Assembly: GCA_973895155.1 (NCBI GenBank)
Contig: OZ316892.1
Coordinates: 8,970,283-9,034,282 of the forward strand
DNA length: 64,000 nucleotides
Source of the DNA: Marsupella aquatica
Taxonomy: Eukaryota > Plantae > Marchantiophyta
Direction of reading: 5' to 3'
Shown: positions 50,601 to 63,130 of the stretch, one piece after another
How the letters are laid out: each line of letters begins with the position of its first letter
How positions within the stretch are numbered: position 1 is the stretch's first letter
The notes under the pieces: model-generated
Databases searched by the model: none
Told to the model about the DNA's origin: nothing
Seen by the model: the letters and a program-made list of their open reading frames with translations, nothing else
Translations under genes and position numbers: made by a program

Positions 50601-52435
50601 AGTTGCCTTGCCTTCGCTATGGTGCTCGGCTAAACAAGCCAAGATTTGCCTTACCGGTGTGGTGTCTGCTGTCACCCTCTCGATGACCACCTTAAGGTTA
50701 CGGGTGGGCATGAACCCTGACGATGTAGGTGGCGAGGCTATTTTTCGGTTCGGCGAGTATTGAAGAGTGTCAAGGCGTCTATGCCGACCACGGTAATGTC
50801 AAACAGGTTTTTCTCCCCGGCCGAAAGGTTTGTACTTGTAACTTTCTGGTTTCAGTCAATTCTTTTAGTCAATTCTTCATGGGGGCGATCTCATTCAGAT
50901 GACATTAACAGTCAGGAACAAAAAATTAAAGTATTGCACGATATGATGAGTAAAGGAAGTGATCGCCCAGGGGAGATGACACTGGTGAGAGTACTCAGAG
51001 AACACACTCAGTGGTGAGTATTCAGATAACACAATCAGAGCAAGAAAGTTGATTTGGTCATGGTGCTCAGCTAATCAAAGCCTAGATCGAGCTGCCCGTT
51101 CCTGGCTGTGCCCTCCATTGGCTACTCAGCATTGTCTTTCTAGCATGTACTTCTCAGCCTTCGTGACTTGATTCAATGCTGGTGGCCCACAACGCTTGAT
51201 TCAATCCAGTTCCTTTTGTTTCTTTAATTCACTACAGTCGGCTTCAAGTGTCTCGTGTTGGATTTGCTCTGGATTTGCTCGTGGCCCACAACGTTTGCTT
51301 TGCTGCTCTGTAAAGTGCTCATTTGAAGGGAAGGAAGACTACCTAGAAAAGATTCTGAGTGTGTTATCTGCCTGACACCTAAAAGCTTGAGCGATTTATG
51401 TTTTCTATTCTCGTTCACGGGTTTGGAAATCTTCTAGGGAAGATTTGCTCTTCATTCAACGATTTTTTAATGAATCCCATGATTGAACAGAAACAGCAGA
51501 TATCGCGGGGGACACCGACCTTGGATCCACTTTGGTCTTTGGGCTCTGCCCCTTTGCTTTCGTTCTTCGGATGAAAACGTTTTGGAATGGACTTTGCAAC
51601 CGGCTAACATTTGTTCTCCTCTTTTCAATTTCGTGTTTATCCTATTGTACTTTGTTTGGGTCGTTTTAGAAAATTTGTTTTTTTCCTATATCACCAGATG
51701 ACTATTGAATTTTGGTGGCTGTCGTCTCTGGACCTCTTGCTTTTACTCCATTGCACTTTGCTTGGTCCTTTGAAGAAAATTGGTAGTTTGTCTCGATCAG
51801 CAGATATCATACGTGTCCATGGGAGAGAGAGAAAATGTTTGGTCCTTTTGGAATTGATACTTTTTTCTCTTTCTTCAACTCGGTGAATTAGAGTCCCGTG
51901 GTCCGACGCGGGTCATTGTAGCGTGCGAGGAAACAGTAGAAATTTTCCTCGCATGAGCAAAAAGTTTCTTCACATGACCCCTAATTTTTCTATATGCAAT
52001 TGCCTCGCTAACAGTAAACTGCTTGATAACATCTATTTTGGGGACTCCTCTTTTGGCTAGCGATCTCGCTAGCCATCTGGAGTCATAAAAAACACACCAA
52101 AAATAGAAAAGGCAGCAAAAAGCAAAATAAATTTAAAACCACAAGGGTCTCGCTAACAATACTCCCCTCGCTAACAAAACTCATGTTTGCTCGCATTATA
52201 GAATACCTCGTCGCGTCTGAGATACTCGAAGTTTACTTTTCTATGGTTCTCGTTTGAATTTTGGGGAGACATTACCATGTCAATGAAATCCAGATCCATT
52301 ATTGTCTGTTTGGTTTCCTGGATTTTCGCCCCTCTATTTGGTTTTTTGCTGCTCCCAGTTTGGCATTTTCTTCCTCGTTTTGCACTATTATGTATAATAA
52401 CCATTTTTTACTAACCTGCCCCTCAAACTCGTTAT

Positions 52436-53004
52436 TGTCAACCTGTTTTCAAAATTATTTTTATTCCTACCTTCACCCCCTTTTGTGTACTGGTTGCACT
52501 TAACTCCTGTACTAAACCCGAGGTGCCTTCTCATTGGTCACCTGTGCCAAGGCACTATTGGCCCCGCCTTATCCCTGTCAGGAGTGCCCTAACCTGAGTC
52601 AGCTCGTGCTAAAGCAATCAATTGGTCGTGGCCCGACTAGGCAGCACGCAGGCCCAAAATGTGTATAAACGGAAGCAAAGTTTAAACATTGCTTTGTTTT
52701 CCTTTGCAAAAACCAAGGGGGGCGAGAAAAGTCAGGCGAGGAGGGTCATCGGGCTGTAGGCAGGAAGGAGACAGGACAGTAGGGGAGGAACGGGCAGCCC
52801 TGTGATTGGGCCTACAATGCACTGAAGGGGGGAGCCATAGTCAGGCCCTGTCCCACCAGGGGTAAGGTGGGGCCAATGGTGCCTTGCCACATGGCAGGTG
52901 ACCAACAAGAAGGCACCTCAGGTTAAGTACAGGGGTTAAGTGTAAACAGCATACGAAAAAGGGATTATGGTAGGAATAAAAAGAATTTGGGGGACAGGTT
53001 GACA
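52436..53004. mobile_element. Non-autonomous DNA transposon / MITE with ~150-bp terminal inverted repeats (Mutator-like architecture)
   Basis: 52436-52583 (tgtcaacctgttttcaaaattatttttattcctacc...gaggtgccttctcattggtcacctg...ttggccccgccttatccctg) aligns with the reverse complement of ~52851-53004. No clear TSD was found. Confidence 0.8.
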
Positions 53005-56000
53005 TCCCAACTAAATAAAAGACTCTGACATGGGGTTTCTTTTAATTTTCAGAGCCTAATAGTAGCACCATGTTGAAACAAAAAATTATATTAAAAAAAT
53101 GTCAATAAGACAAAGTAACCTAAGTAGCCCCTCAAACCAAGGTAACACCAGAAATATAGATGAGCCTTCCTTTAAATAGAGAGGCTTGTGACAGCCACAG
53201 GCTAACACTGTTGGGATTATTGAATCAATGGACCAGCAGGAATCACAGAATTCTTGGATAAAAACTTCCTCCGTCAATGAAGAGGCATGTGTAATAGCAA
53301 TGTACAGTACACAAAATTCTTTGGAAACCCTTAGAAATAGATTTGCTGGACTATTTAGCTACTGTTTCTTGACCCATATAACTATTTAGTTGTACTTAGG
53401 CATCTGATATGGTCTCTCACACAGATTAAAAAATGCAATTGACTCTCCACTTGAAGTTGTTCAATACATTGACACAATTGTCACATTTCTTTAAGTAAAG
53501 GCAACAGAGCACCACATTTATATAGAGGTTGACATGAAGAAACCAGCAAGGCACAGAGAAACTGAAAACCCAGGACCCAAAGTAAAACCAAGTGACGGAC
53601 ATAGCTGTGCTGCCCCCATCAAAACTATCCCTGGATCATCAAGAGAAAGCATTTGGGAGCGAGTGGGCCAAGGGATGGGCGTACCAAGGATCCAGCTTGG
53701 GATCCAGGGGCACATTCTGTGCATGAAAATGGAAGTGTGGTCTTTCCAGTCTGATTGACATCTATCTCTAAATCTAAGAGATCTGAGCACCCGTTGTATG
53801 TAAATATAGTGACAATGCTTGCGGTCCCTTGAAAACCAATTAGTTGTTGCAATGTAAGTAGTTTCATCGAGACCTATCCTAGGCTAGACCTTGGTGATAA
53901 TCAAGGTGCAAAAGTAATGTAAATCTTGATCCAAAGATGGAAATTGAAAAACTGCATTAGGCATACATATTGGGTGAGATCGGGGGTGAGACTCCAAACA
54001 ATCTCAAAACACTATTGTGTGAGTAAAGGTAAAAGCCTTCCAGGAGGGAGTCCTAGATAAGGGCCAGAAGGCTGCCTGCCTGATGGCTTTTGTTTAGGTC
54101 TCCTGGCAACAGAGGACTTCACAATCCTTCAAGTCATGACTAAATTTTTTTAATGTGAGTTTTAAGTCAAGTAAAGAATATGCTGTCCAGTCCTCTCTTG
54201 ACAATCTCTCCTGGTCTTTATTTTTGAATTTCCAAACAAATTTATAAGGCATGGCTTAAACATTTTGGAAAAAACTACCTTTCAAGTTAACTAGTGTAGT
54301 TATTTGTCATCCAAGGAAATCAGTATGTCACCCTTCCTTTGGTGTCTTCAACCTGCATGCACAATAGATATTCAAATCAAAAACAGAAAACATATACATG
54401 TTTTAAGATTGATGACTTGGATGAAGAGTTATCAGAAGCTTATGAATTGAGGCACCCCATGAAGACTTCACATATCTGAGCTTAAACATATACTATGGTA
54501 GTGGTATTCAACTTAGGTCTGCAAGAAAAGTATTTAAACAAAATATATTGCTCCTAAAGCAAAACTGGCTGAGAAAATAAAAGCCAGCAGTTTTGGGAAA
54601 TAAGCAGGAAAACAAATTCCAGGCACGACAGCCTGAAAAACTTCATATGGGACAATTAATGTGCCTTAAAATGGTGTTTTCTGTTGGGATAGGCCGTGAA
54701 CACATGTTTTGGCTAGGTACCAGAAAAACATGGGAAAAGGAAGATTGAGAAAACTTTTTGGCTGGGAGAAAAATGGCCACTCGTAAAATTCTGGAAGCAA
54801 GTTAAAAAAATGATTTCTCTGAATCAAAGATCGTGAAATAAGTCATGAATGCGGCATTGGTGCTTCACTTATGTTCAGAATTCCATTCAATAAACTCACA
54901 GTAAAAAATCTAACAAGAACTTGTAATGAACACTTGAACTTAGAATACAATGATGGTTTGGAATGCAACTTTAAAGAAATGAAACCATCTTCATATTGCT
55001 TTAGAAAAATATCTCAAGGTTGCTAACACTGTATCTACACTACCTAACCAACAATTTGTTGCAGATACATACCAGTAAATAGCAAGATGCATGCGTTCCA
55101 CTTTTCAATGACATTTTGCTGTCCATCAGCTTGCCTTCATTGCTTGTGCTTGTGCTCCATGGGCAATGGTTACACTCAGCAGACTCAAATCTTTCAAAAA
55201 TCAAAACAAACCAAATGGGCAAACACTCAGCAACTAGGTGAGGGAAACATGGGGAAAAGCAAGGCTAGAGTTTGTGACTCCCACTTCATTATGGTACAAC
55301 ATTGAAGGGTCCCAGGCAGCCTTAATATTACAATTTAAGAAGTTTACACCATGTTAATATACATCAACTTTTGAAAGAAATGTTAAGTTTTCTCAGCCTT
55401 TTACAATCATCCAAATTTTCTACAATAACCTGTTGAGCTGATGTGTTACAATCTCAGAGTACGCCCTTCAGCTAAATCAAAGGGTGAAACACAAATAATT
55501 AGGGTGAATTCACCGCTCCTCTTTTTTCTATCCTTTTTTGGGGGAAATGGGCAATGCACTATGAATACTAGGATGGACTATTTTTTAATAAAACAATATT
55601 GGTTTAATTTTCCTTGGCACATTCAAAAGATCTACTATAGGTTTGGACGTCCCTCGCCACTTGAAGTTGACAAATCCCCACGTACAATATTGTAGACAAA
55701 AAGGCTCGAACAAGGGTCTAGGTTGTTATGAATAACTAGAGGCCCATTGATGACTAGTTATTCCAGAGCGAAAAATCCTATGAATCTAGAAATTGAAGAG
55801 GTCATAATGCTTGAGGGCAAGGGCAATCCATGCAATTTGAATACACTTTCTAACCCTTCAATATTCTCACGTGCAGTATGTATGTACCCTTTTCAGTAGT
55901 GTAACTTTAACAAGACTCTTAGACCTATAAGAGTTTTTTTATAACGTTCTCAAAAGTTATGGTTGCCCAAGAATAAGTTTTATGAAAGTCAGGCATTCGT

Positions 56001-56218
56001 CTATATATCTAAAAGAACTCATATATAACCAAGTTGTTTTTTGCACAATCATGTGCAGTATATAATTTTTAAAGGCTTAAAGCAACCATGGCCAGTCACA
56101 ATTTACAGAAGAAAGGAACATACACTCATCACAATTATGGATGATGAATGAATGTCTGTTGAGGATGAGCTCCATGGGTTGATTGATGTTGATCTCTTAA
56201 AGTTTCCTGTGCGTAGCA

Positions 56219-58499
56219 TCATCTTTGGACTTTTGGGTGGCCTGAATTTTTGTCCTCCATGTGGGGCAGTTGACGACCATCTTGATCATAACGCACCATC
56301 TTCCTACTTGTACCTGGTTGAGATTTTGGCCTAATCGCTCTCGTCTGCACCCACCAAGGTAACGTAATGTTGGGCCAAAAAGTATATTGAATGAGGTGAG
56401 CAAACATTTTGTTCAAAAGCAAAACATCTATCTGTCTAAATAAGAGCAACAGTACGTTCTAAAAACTAACATCACACTTTATGAGACAATCCTTGTCATG
56501 GAAAGTCATTTAAACTTGGAAATTAACCACTCAGAAAAACACTAAAGACTATCAAGCAATCAGTTTTTTGTTCTCCATTGCAGCCTAGATTGCAGCTCTC
56601 AAAGATAATGCTAGTTGAATTTCTTTTTAGAAAAATGTTGTTATTGTTGGACTGAGAGCTGAGAAAGGTTTGATTGAAGGAGCCAATCTCTTGTACAATA
56701 ACACAACGATATCATTCCTGAAAAAACTTTAGTGGCTGTAGAAGTGCATTTACCGTCATGCAACTCTCTAGACGAATGTTGGCTATCTCCAACTGCTGAA
56801 ATTTGTTTTTCAAGCGACCAAGGTCTCGATTCTCGCAATTGATTTTGTTTTGCAGGTATTGCATGCGCTTCACAACTTTTTGAAGCCTCTTAATCTCAGC
56901 AGCAAACGTATCCCTCTCAACCTCCATCTCCTGTAGTGACCAACTATACCTACTTGATATAGATTTTGATGTTGATTGAATGACAACAACATTCTAAATG
57001 ATACAAAACAATCATAGACTTATACTCCCAGTGAGGTGGGATGGAGATCCACCGTTGGAAAGGTTTGCATCTAAAACACTTGAACACCATGTCAATCTTT
57101 GTTTGCCCTCAATGACCAATATTGATAAACAAGTCTAGGATTGGTTTGAATTCCTTTACACCAACTAACATATCATTAGTTACTATTTTTCCTAACCTGA
57201 AAAACAAGGGCCATTTCAGGGCAATTTGAAGTCAAGAGAAACCTACCACCATCTACCAGAAAACAGGGGACAAACCAGCAGAGTAGAAAGTCTATGTATG
57301 TTCTATTTTTTTCCCAAACTTTCAGCAAGAACTTAGACAAATCATTCCTCTTGTAGATTTGAGATTAATGGACTCTCACCTATCAATTGACATGTGACAA
57401 GTCATCGGAGATATCAATCAATTACAGATTTCTGCAGTAAAAACTGTTTCTGATGCACAAGGCAATGGGAGCTGAGCTTACTCGTGTGCGAGTAACTCGA
57501 AGGTCCCGACGCAATCTCATGATTTCCTCACGTTGTGAGTCACACTTGTCTTGTAGCTCGTCCACCATTGTCTGTAAACCTGATGATGTGCAAATTCAAA
57601 GCAGTGGAAATTTCACTCTAGGTAAGAGACTCGTCAATATTTCTCAGCTCTCCCAAAACTGTTAGACAAAAACTTTAGGGGGCATACATTGGAAACAGTT
57701 TGGGCTTGCCTTGAAGCTTTGATCGTAAACGGTGAGGACTTCCGGTCCGAGGTGCTTCCAATTGAAGTGAAGTCTCTAAGTCCTCAACATCCATCTCTAG
57801 CTTTCTATGTCAAGAGAAAACACAATGGATCAAGATTTGCCTACGTATGTGGTTGAATAATAATAATAATGATTATATATTTTGAGGAAAGGGAAACCCT
57901 TCCCAAGAGTGCACTATGACTGGCTGAATGATTGGCACCACATGAAAGATCGTTTCCATGATTTGAGAAAAAGGATGCTCTTACCTGTTTTGAATACCAA
58001 ATCGACTATTTTGTGCATTCTTGAGCCTTATCACACGGGCTTGATGAGCCAATTCCTTTTTCAGATGAATAATCTCCTCCATAAGGGATTCCTTATCACG
58101 GGCAGCCATAACCAATCGATGATTAACTCGTGGGCTTTGGTGTGGCTGTGGAGAAAAAGGCCTCTCACTTGGACAAGGTGACCATGATCGAGTTGGCCCA
58201 AGCAAATCCTCACCTCCAAGTCCAAGTCCTAGTCCAAGTCCACACCCACCTGCGGGAGATTTTAGTGCCACCAAGGGGCTCCGTGGTGTTGCATGGGAGT
58301 CTCTTGGAGTGGTTTGAGATCCTCTAGGAGTTGTTTGGGAGCCTCTTGGAGTTGTATGAGAGCTACTTGAAGATGACCTCCTGGGGGTTGCAAGAGCACT
58401 CATAATAGGACTAGGGGGACGGTTTGGAAAGGATCCACTTGTAATACAGCCTCTCCCATACAAGATACCACTCAGGTTCTTCATATTCCCACACTCCAT
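56219..58499 (-). CDS. Spliced coiled-coil protein resembling the N-terminal region of IQCE (ciliary/basal-body protein), 5 exons, ~336 aa
   Basis: Exons on the minus strand: 58499-57985, 57804-57710 (followed by GC donor AAG|GCAAGC), 57579-57482, 56930-56754, 56344-56219. The frame is continuous: ...RDKESLMEEIIHLKKELAHQ..QNRKLEMDVEDLE..GLQTMVDELQDKCDSQREEIMRLRRDLRVTRTREMEVERDTFAAEIKRLQ... The start codon and last exon are less certain than the core exons. Confidence 0.75.
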
Positions 58500-61400
58500 T
58501 GTTGAGAGATGTAAATAAATCAACTCTGTCAGCTGTTTAGGTTGGTTTTCTTGGTGTCAACCAACATGAACATATGATGGGAGGAATATATCACTCATTG
58601 ACATCTCACTTCAAAGAGGAAAACCATGTAGCTAGGCTGATGTCCTCCTCCAGTCCTGGAAGTAAAATAATATTCCATTTGTGAAAAATGATTTCTAGTT
58701 TAAGGTCAGATATGGTCCTGATTACAACAACAAATCTTAATATGTGGGAGCAATCCCCATCAGTCAGATACACTCTAATTTACGAACAAAGTCTACTGCT
58801 CATAACCTACTCCATAGAGTGAAGCAATAGGCCATAATTTATCTGGTGACAGAAAATTTTGATATGCAAACTATGCTTGTGACTAGGGACAAACATGCTA
58901 CACTGGGTAATGCATTGCACGGGTATTCAGGCTAGTATTGTGAAAATACTGAACAGACCAAAGCAATGGCAGAGATTTTGCATAAAAGGACTGGACAATG
59001 AGTCTCCTTAAAGAAGTTTAGGAATATATTAATTTTAAAGCACGAACAGTGTGTTGAGAAGAGTCTTTTATATTTGTTTGGGCTACTACATTGTTGAATA
59101 AGACTCTTTCTTATGTAATCTGAAATGAAGGTCCTGAGATTCAGTTATTATTGATGATCATTTACAATTTTGAGTAGATCACTCTCATTCTAACCTTCTC
59201 TCAGAATTCAGAAAAAATTCCTGAGGAACAACTTACCCTAAAAATATTCATTTGAAATTTAAAATATAGATCTCTCATTTCTAAGTCTCATTTGAGTGCA
59301 ATGCATGTAACAAGGTGATGAATCAGATCTCCAATCGTGGACAGTCAATCTGAGAACAAACTATTTCACTTTGAGGATAAACTAGTGTAAATTTCACAAA
59401 CGTGTATGTTTGGCTGGGTTCATTACAGCATTGACAATTAAATATACGACTGGGTAGGGTTTGAGCGCAAGTGTATTTACATAATCACAAACAAATATTC
59501 ATTTGTCAGATCCAAAGACGAACCTTACATGAGCTCTTGCTTAACATGAGATACTACCCTAGAGCAGTATTGAAATCATGTGCTGTGCACAAACTACTTA
59601 CAATCAAGGTTTGTTTTTACTCCCACAACTTGCATTAATTAAGTGACTCAAGCCTTATCTTGAAATGACCAGTATTTATTATAAACAGAGAACTCACATA
59701 AAATAAAATCACTTGACTGGTCAGTTGCAATCAATTGTCTCCGATTTCCTGAAGAATGTAATTCCTCACATGTGTCATGCAGCCCTTGAATGGACTTTAT
59801 ACAACAATGATATATTTCAATTGCCCCCAACTCTTCTCCTGTTATCCTTAACTCGAGCCCACCAGGGGACTTCCTCATCATGAACTATCATGAATTATCA
59901 TCAAACCCACTTGACTATAGTCACCTCTATTGCATGGCTCCTGTTCCTTTCCCCTTCATTGGGTCTTTGCGCGTCTTTGGGATCTTGCATCCTCCTTTGG
60001 TGCTATTTGTACTTTGGCAGTGTGACATATATCTATTTCATGAATTGTTGTCTGGATCTGGTGCTGCTTAAATCTTTTTAGAAAACATGAATTTCAAGAA
60101 GTGGGGAATTTATCTAGAGTCAACATTTGGTCAATCGATCCAATCAATTTGAATCTTGCAAGAAGAGTATCGGTAACCAGCTCAGTGTCCCTCCGCCACC
60201 CTGGATGAATCTCCAACAATGGGGAGGTCCTAAGAGTCATAAGTTAAAAGTCCAACCCAAACCTAGTTCATGAAGTGATGCAGATTCTGCTTTATTGGTA
60301 TTACAAGCTAGGAACGTGTGAGTACTTGACTATTTCTAGAAATTATAACCAAATTTTAGCAGAGAATTACACAATTGCAAATACTTTTGGCCTAATTGAT
60401 ATTTGATCAAGTACTTTACCCTAATCATGGCCAGATATTGATCCAATATGCCTAATGGAATCTTGATTCTAATGGTCACTAGGAGAGAAGTGCAATCTTC
60501 ATATGCATAGAGTTTTCTTCAGTTAATATTTGCTAAAATTTCTCATCAATGTTCCCTCTACTCAAGTGTTTTGAAATGAAGCCCGGGTGGACCTCTATGT
60601 TTGCCAAAATGCTCCCATGGATTTTTGGAACCTGAATGGACTGCATTTTTCTCACAATGTCAGCTAGACAATTCATTAGTCCATACTGGTTGCATGGTTT
60701 CTATCTATGACCCATGCAAGCATCACCTTCCTATGTACAGACCAGATGAGCATCACATTTTGAAGTGTTTTACTTTGAATGAACTGCTTTAGATTGTCAA
60801 ACAACCCTTCACATCGCAAAGGATGTCCAATAATATTGGTACTTCCCTGCACAAGCAGTTGTAATCGTTTGTTCTCCAAATGCTTCATTGCCTCAAAGTA
60901 GTTTGGTTATTTACTTCGAAATGAATTGGCTTTGTAATGGCACAGGACATGAGTAATAGGCCTTATCTTTAAATTAATCATGGAACTAGTGGAATCTGCT
61001 TTGGAGAAACATGTTACCACTCAATATGAAACTTTTCAAACTATCCTCCCATGGGCACTCGTGATTTCCTTGGAAACCTTGTAACTTGATTAAATTAGGG
61101 ACAACCAGGTACAAGCAAGCAATGTCGGGAGCAATGCGCAAAAAGTTAATACTTTTTCATTCCAAATAAGAGTGCAATCCGGGGTGCAGTGCCATATTTA
61201 ATTTCTCAAGATTTCAAATTCTTTTCCTTCAAAAACATGCAAACACTGATAAATCAGTGCTTCACACCAAAATTCTTTGAATATAACTATGATTTGCATT
61301 GTAATGTTTTTCTTCACAAAAAACTACATGCATTTTGTCCCAGTGACTCAAAATTTCACCAGTGATTTATTTTTGGCACAAACCTGATCATCCTACTACA

Positions 61401-62899
61401 ATGTAAATTAAGCAGAGGGCATGAGCCTCGTTTTTGAAGACACACCTTGATGTCTTGGTCTTCTCAGGCTCCTTCTGTACCCAACTTTAGTTTACTTCCC
61501 ACAGAAGGTTCTCTAATTATGCTAGACTTACATGAAGGCTTCCTCATTGTTGACAGTCAGGAACACATTCCAATCTGTATTGTTCAATGACAGTTTTTTG
61601 CAGGAAGAAGTGACATGGCACTTGAAAGACTTGAGAGAGATGGCAGAGCCGAGCCTCCTTCTACAGTTTCACTGAAGACCATTTCCTGCAAAATTCATGC
61701 AGAAGCAAAGTGAGCCCAGGTAATTTGATGACTTTGCAGGGACATTGGATTCCTCTTTCCATTGAGCAATGATAGTCTGTTAGCAGAAACTTTGAAAGAC
61801 TAGGCAGAGCCTCCATCTACACTTTCACTGACAACCTTGTCCAGCATAAAGCCATGCAGAAACACACTAACTCCATAGTATGTGATGATTTTTGCACGAA
61901 CCTTGTACTCTGCATGAGGTAAAATTTCTGCTACAGGAACGCCGGTTACCTCAATTGGGTGGCCTTCACCTCCCATCATTGTATTATAAAAGTGCCAACT
62001 GAAGTATACTTTTAAGGGCCTAGGTCTAGACTGTAGCTCCTTGACCGTAACTCCCAATATAGACAAACTGATAATGAGGTTCATTCAGATAAAACTTTTA
62101 AATGAGTATGGAAAAAATGACATTGACTTTAAATAAAGACAAAAACTGAAATGAGAATGGACAAAAAACAAAGGATGGGGCAAAGATTAACCAAAATAAC
62201 ATAGAAATTGTATTATGCAATATTTCTCTTCATATCTATTTACCTTCAAGGAAGGGGTCATCGGGCTAGTTACACCAGATGCAAATCAAAAGCTTCAATG
62301 ATTGCAGTAGATTCAGGTTGTTTTTGCAATGCCAGTTTATTTGTAAATTCAAGAGGGAGGTAAGGTGGCTGACACATGTAGTATCAGCCATCAGATTCTC
62401 CTAGATTTAAGGAGAACTTCATATCTGGGGACAGCCATAGTGTTGGGACACAACGCCATGCAACTCGGTGGTCTAATTGTAAAGCGCTTCTTAGCATAGT
62501 GCCAGTACTACTGTAGATTATTTTACTCACAAAACACTCAATGAAAATGTCCTGATTGGTCTGAATTTCTGTATCTCATCTATATTCATGAGTGAGTGAA
62601 AAGTATTGAGATGTATCACTGGAATACAACCCACATGGTTAATAGAAAATGACTAGAGCAGAAAGTGTTCCACAAAACAGAGACTTTATGACAAGACATC
62701 CGTAAAGTGTTATCTATAACATTGGCGATTTAATCTATTCTATTGTAGGGCCTTGTAAACTGTTCTCTCTGATTCGTTAAAATGAATAAATTAACCCGAT
62801 CTCTATATTATTTGGTATTCTACTGTAAAATGCAAAGAGCAAAAGAAGACTCATACGAAGGTCTACAGTCTTTGCTGTTGAATCTATTCTACTTGTAAA

Positions 62900-63130
62900 G
62901 TGGTTCCAGAGCAACTAGTCCGGTTCTTTTCTTGGATCCTTCACTCCTAAGCTCTACCAGGCTTTGAATTTTGCTGATAGATAGAGTCTGAGGCCTTTTC
63001 TCTTTGGTGGTATTTTGGAAGGTTTGTGTTCTTGTCCTTGGGCTATCGGAGCTCTTTGGTTACCTCCCCTTGACTAGGTCTTTTGCCAATGGGACTGTCT
63101 CCTGATTAGGCACTCTTTGTTATTTTGCAG
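62900..63130 (+). repeat. Opposite-orientation copy of the dispersed repeat family
   Basis: The reverse complement contains caggagacagtcccattggcaaaag...aaagcctggtagagctt, matching 10510-10680. Confidence 0.6.

Noticed and set aside
51890-52228. Possible old MITE with ctcgctaac sub-repeats
   Set aside because: Terminal inverted similarity is weak and no TSD was found.
53300-54100. Possible RTE/LINE remnants (a C..C...ES.LHFL-like motif)
   Set aside because: Too degenerate, with conflicting orientations; not supportable without a search.
61550-62084. 94-aa minus ORF and a local ~180-bp diverged duplication
   Set aside because: No consistent spliced frame on either strand and no recognisable domain; I could not link it to the IQCE-like gene.
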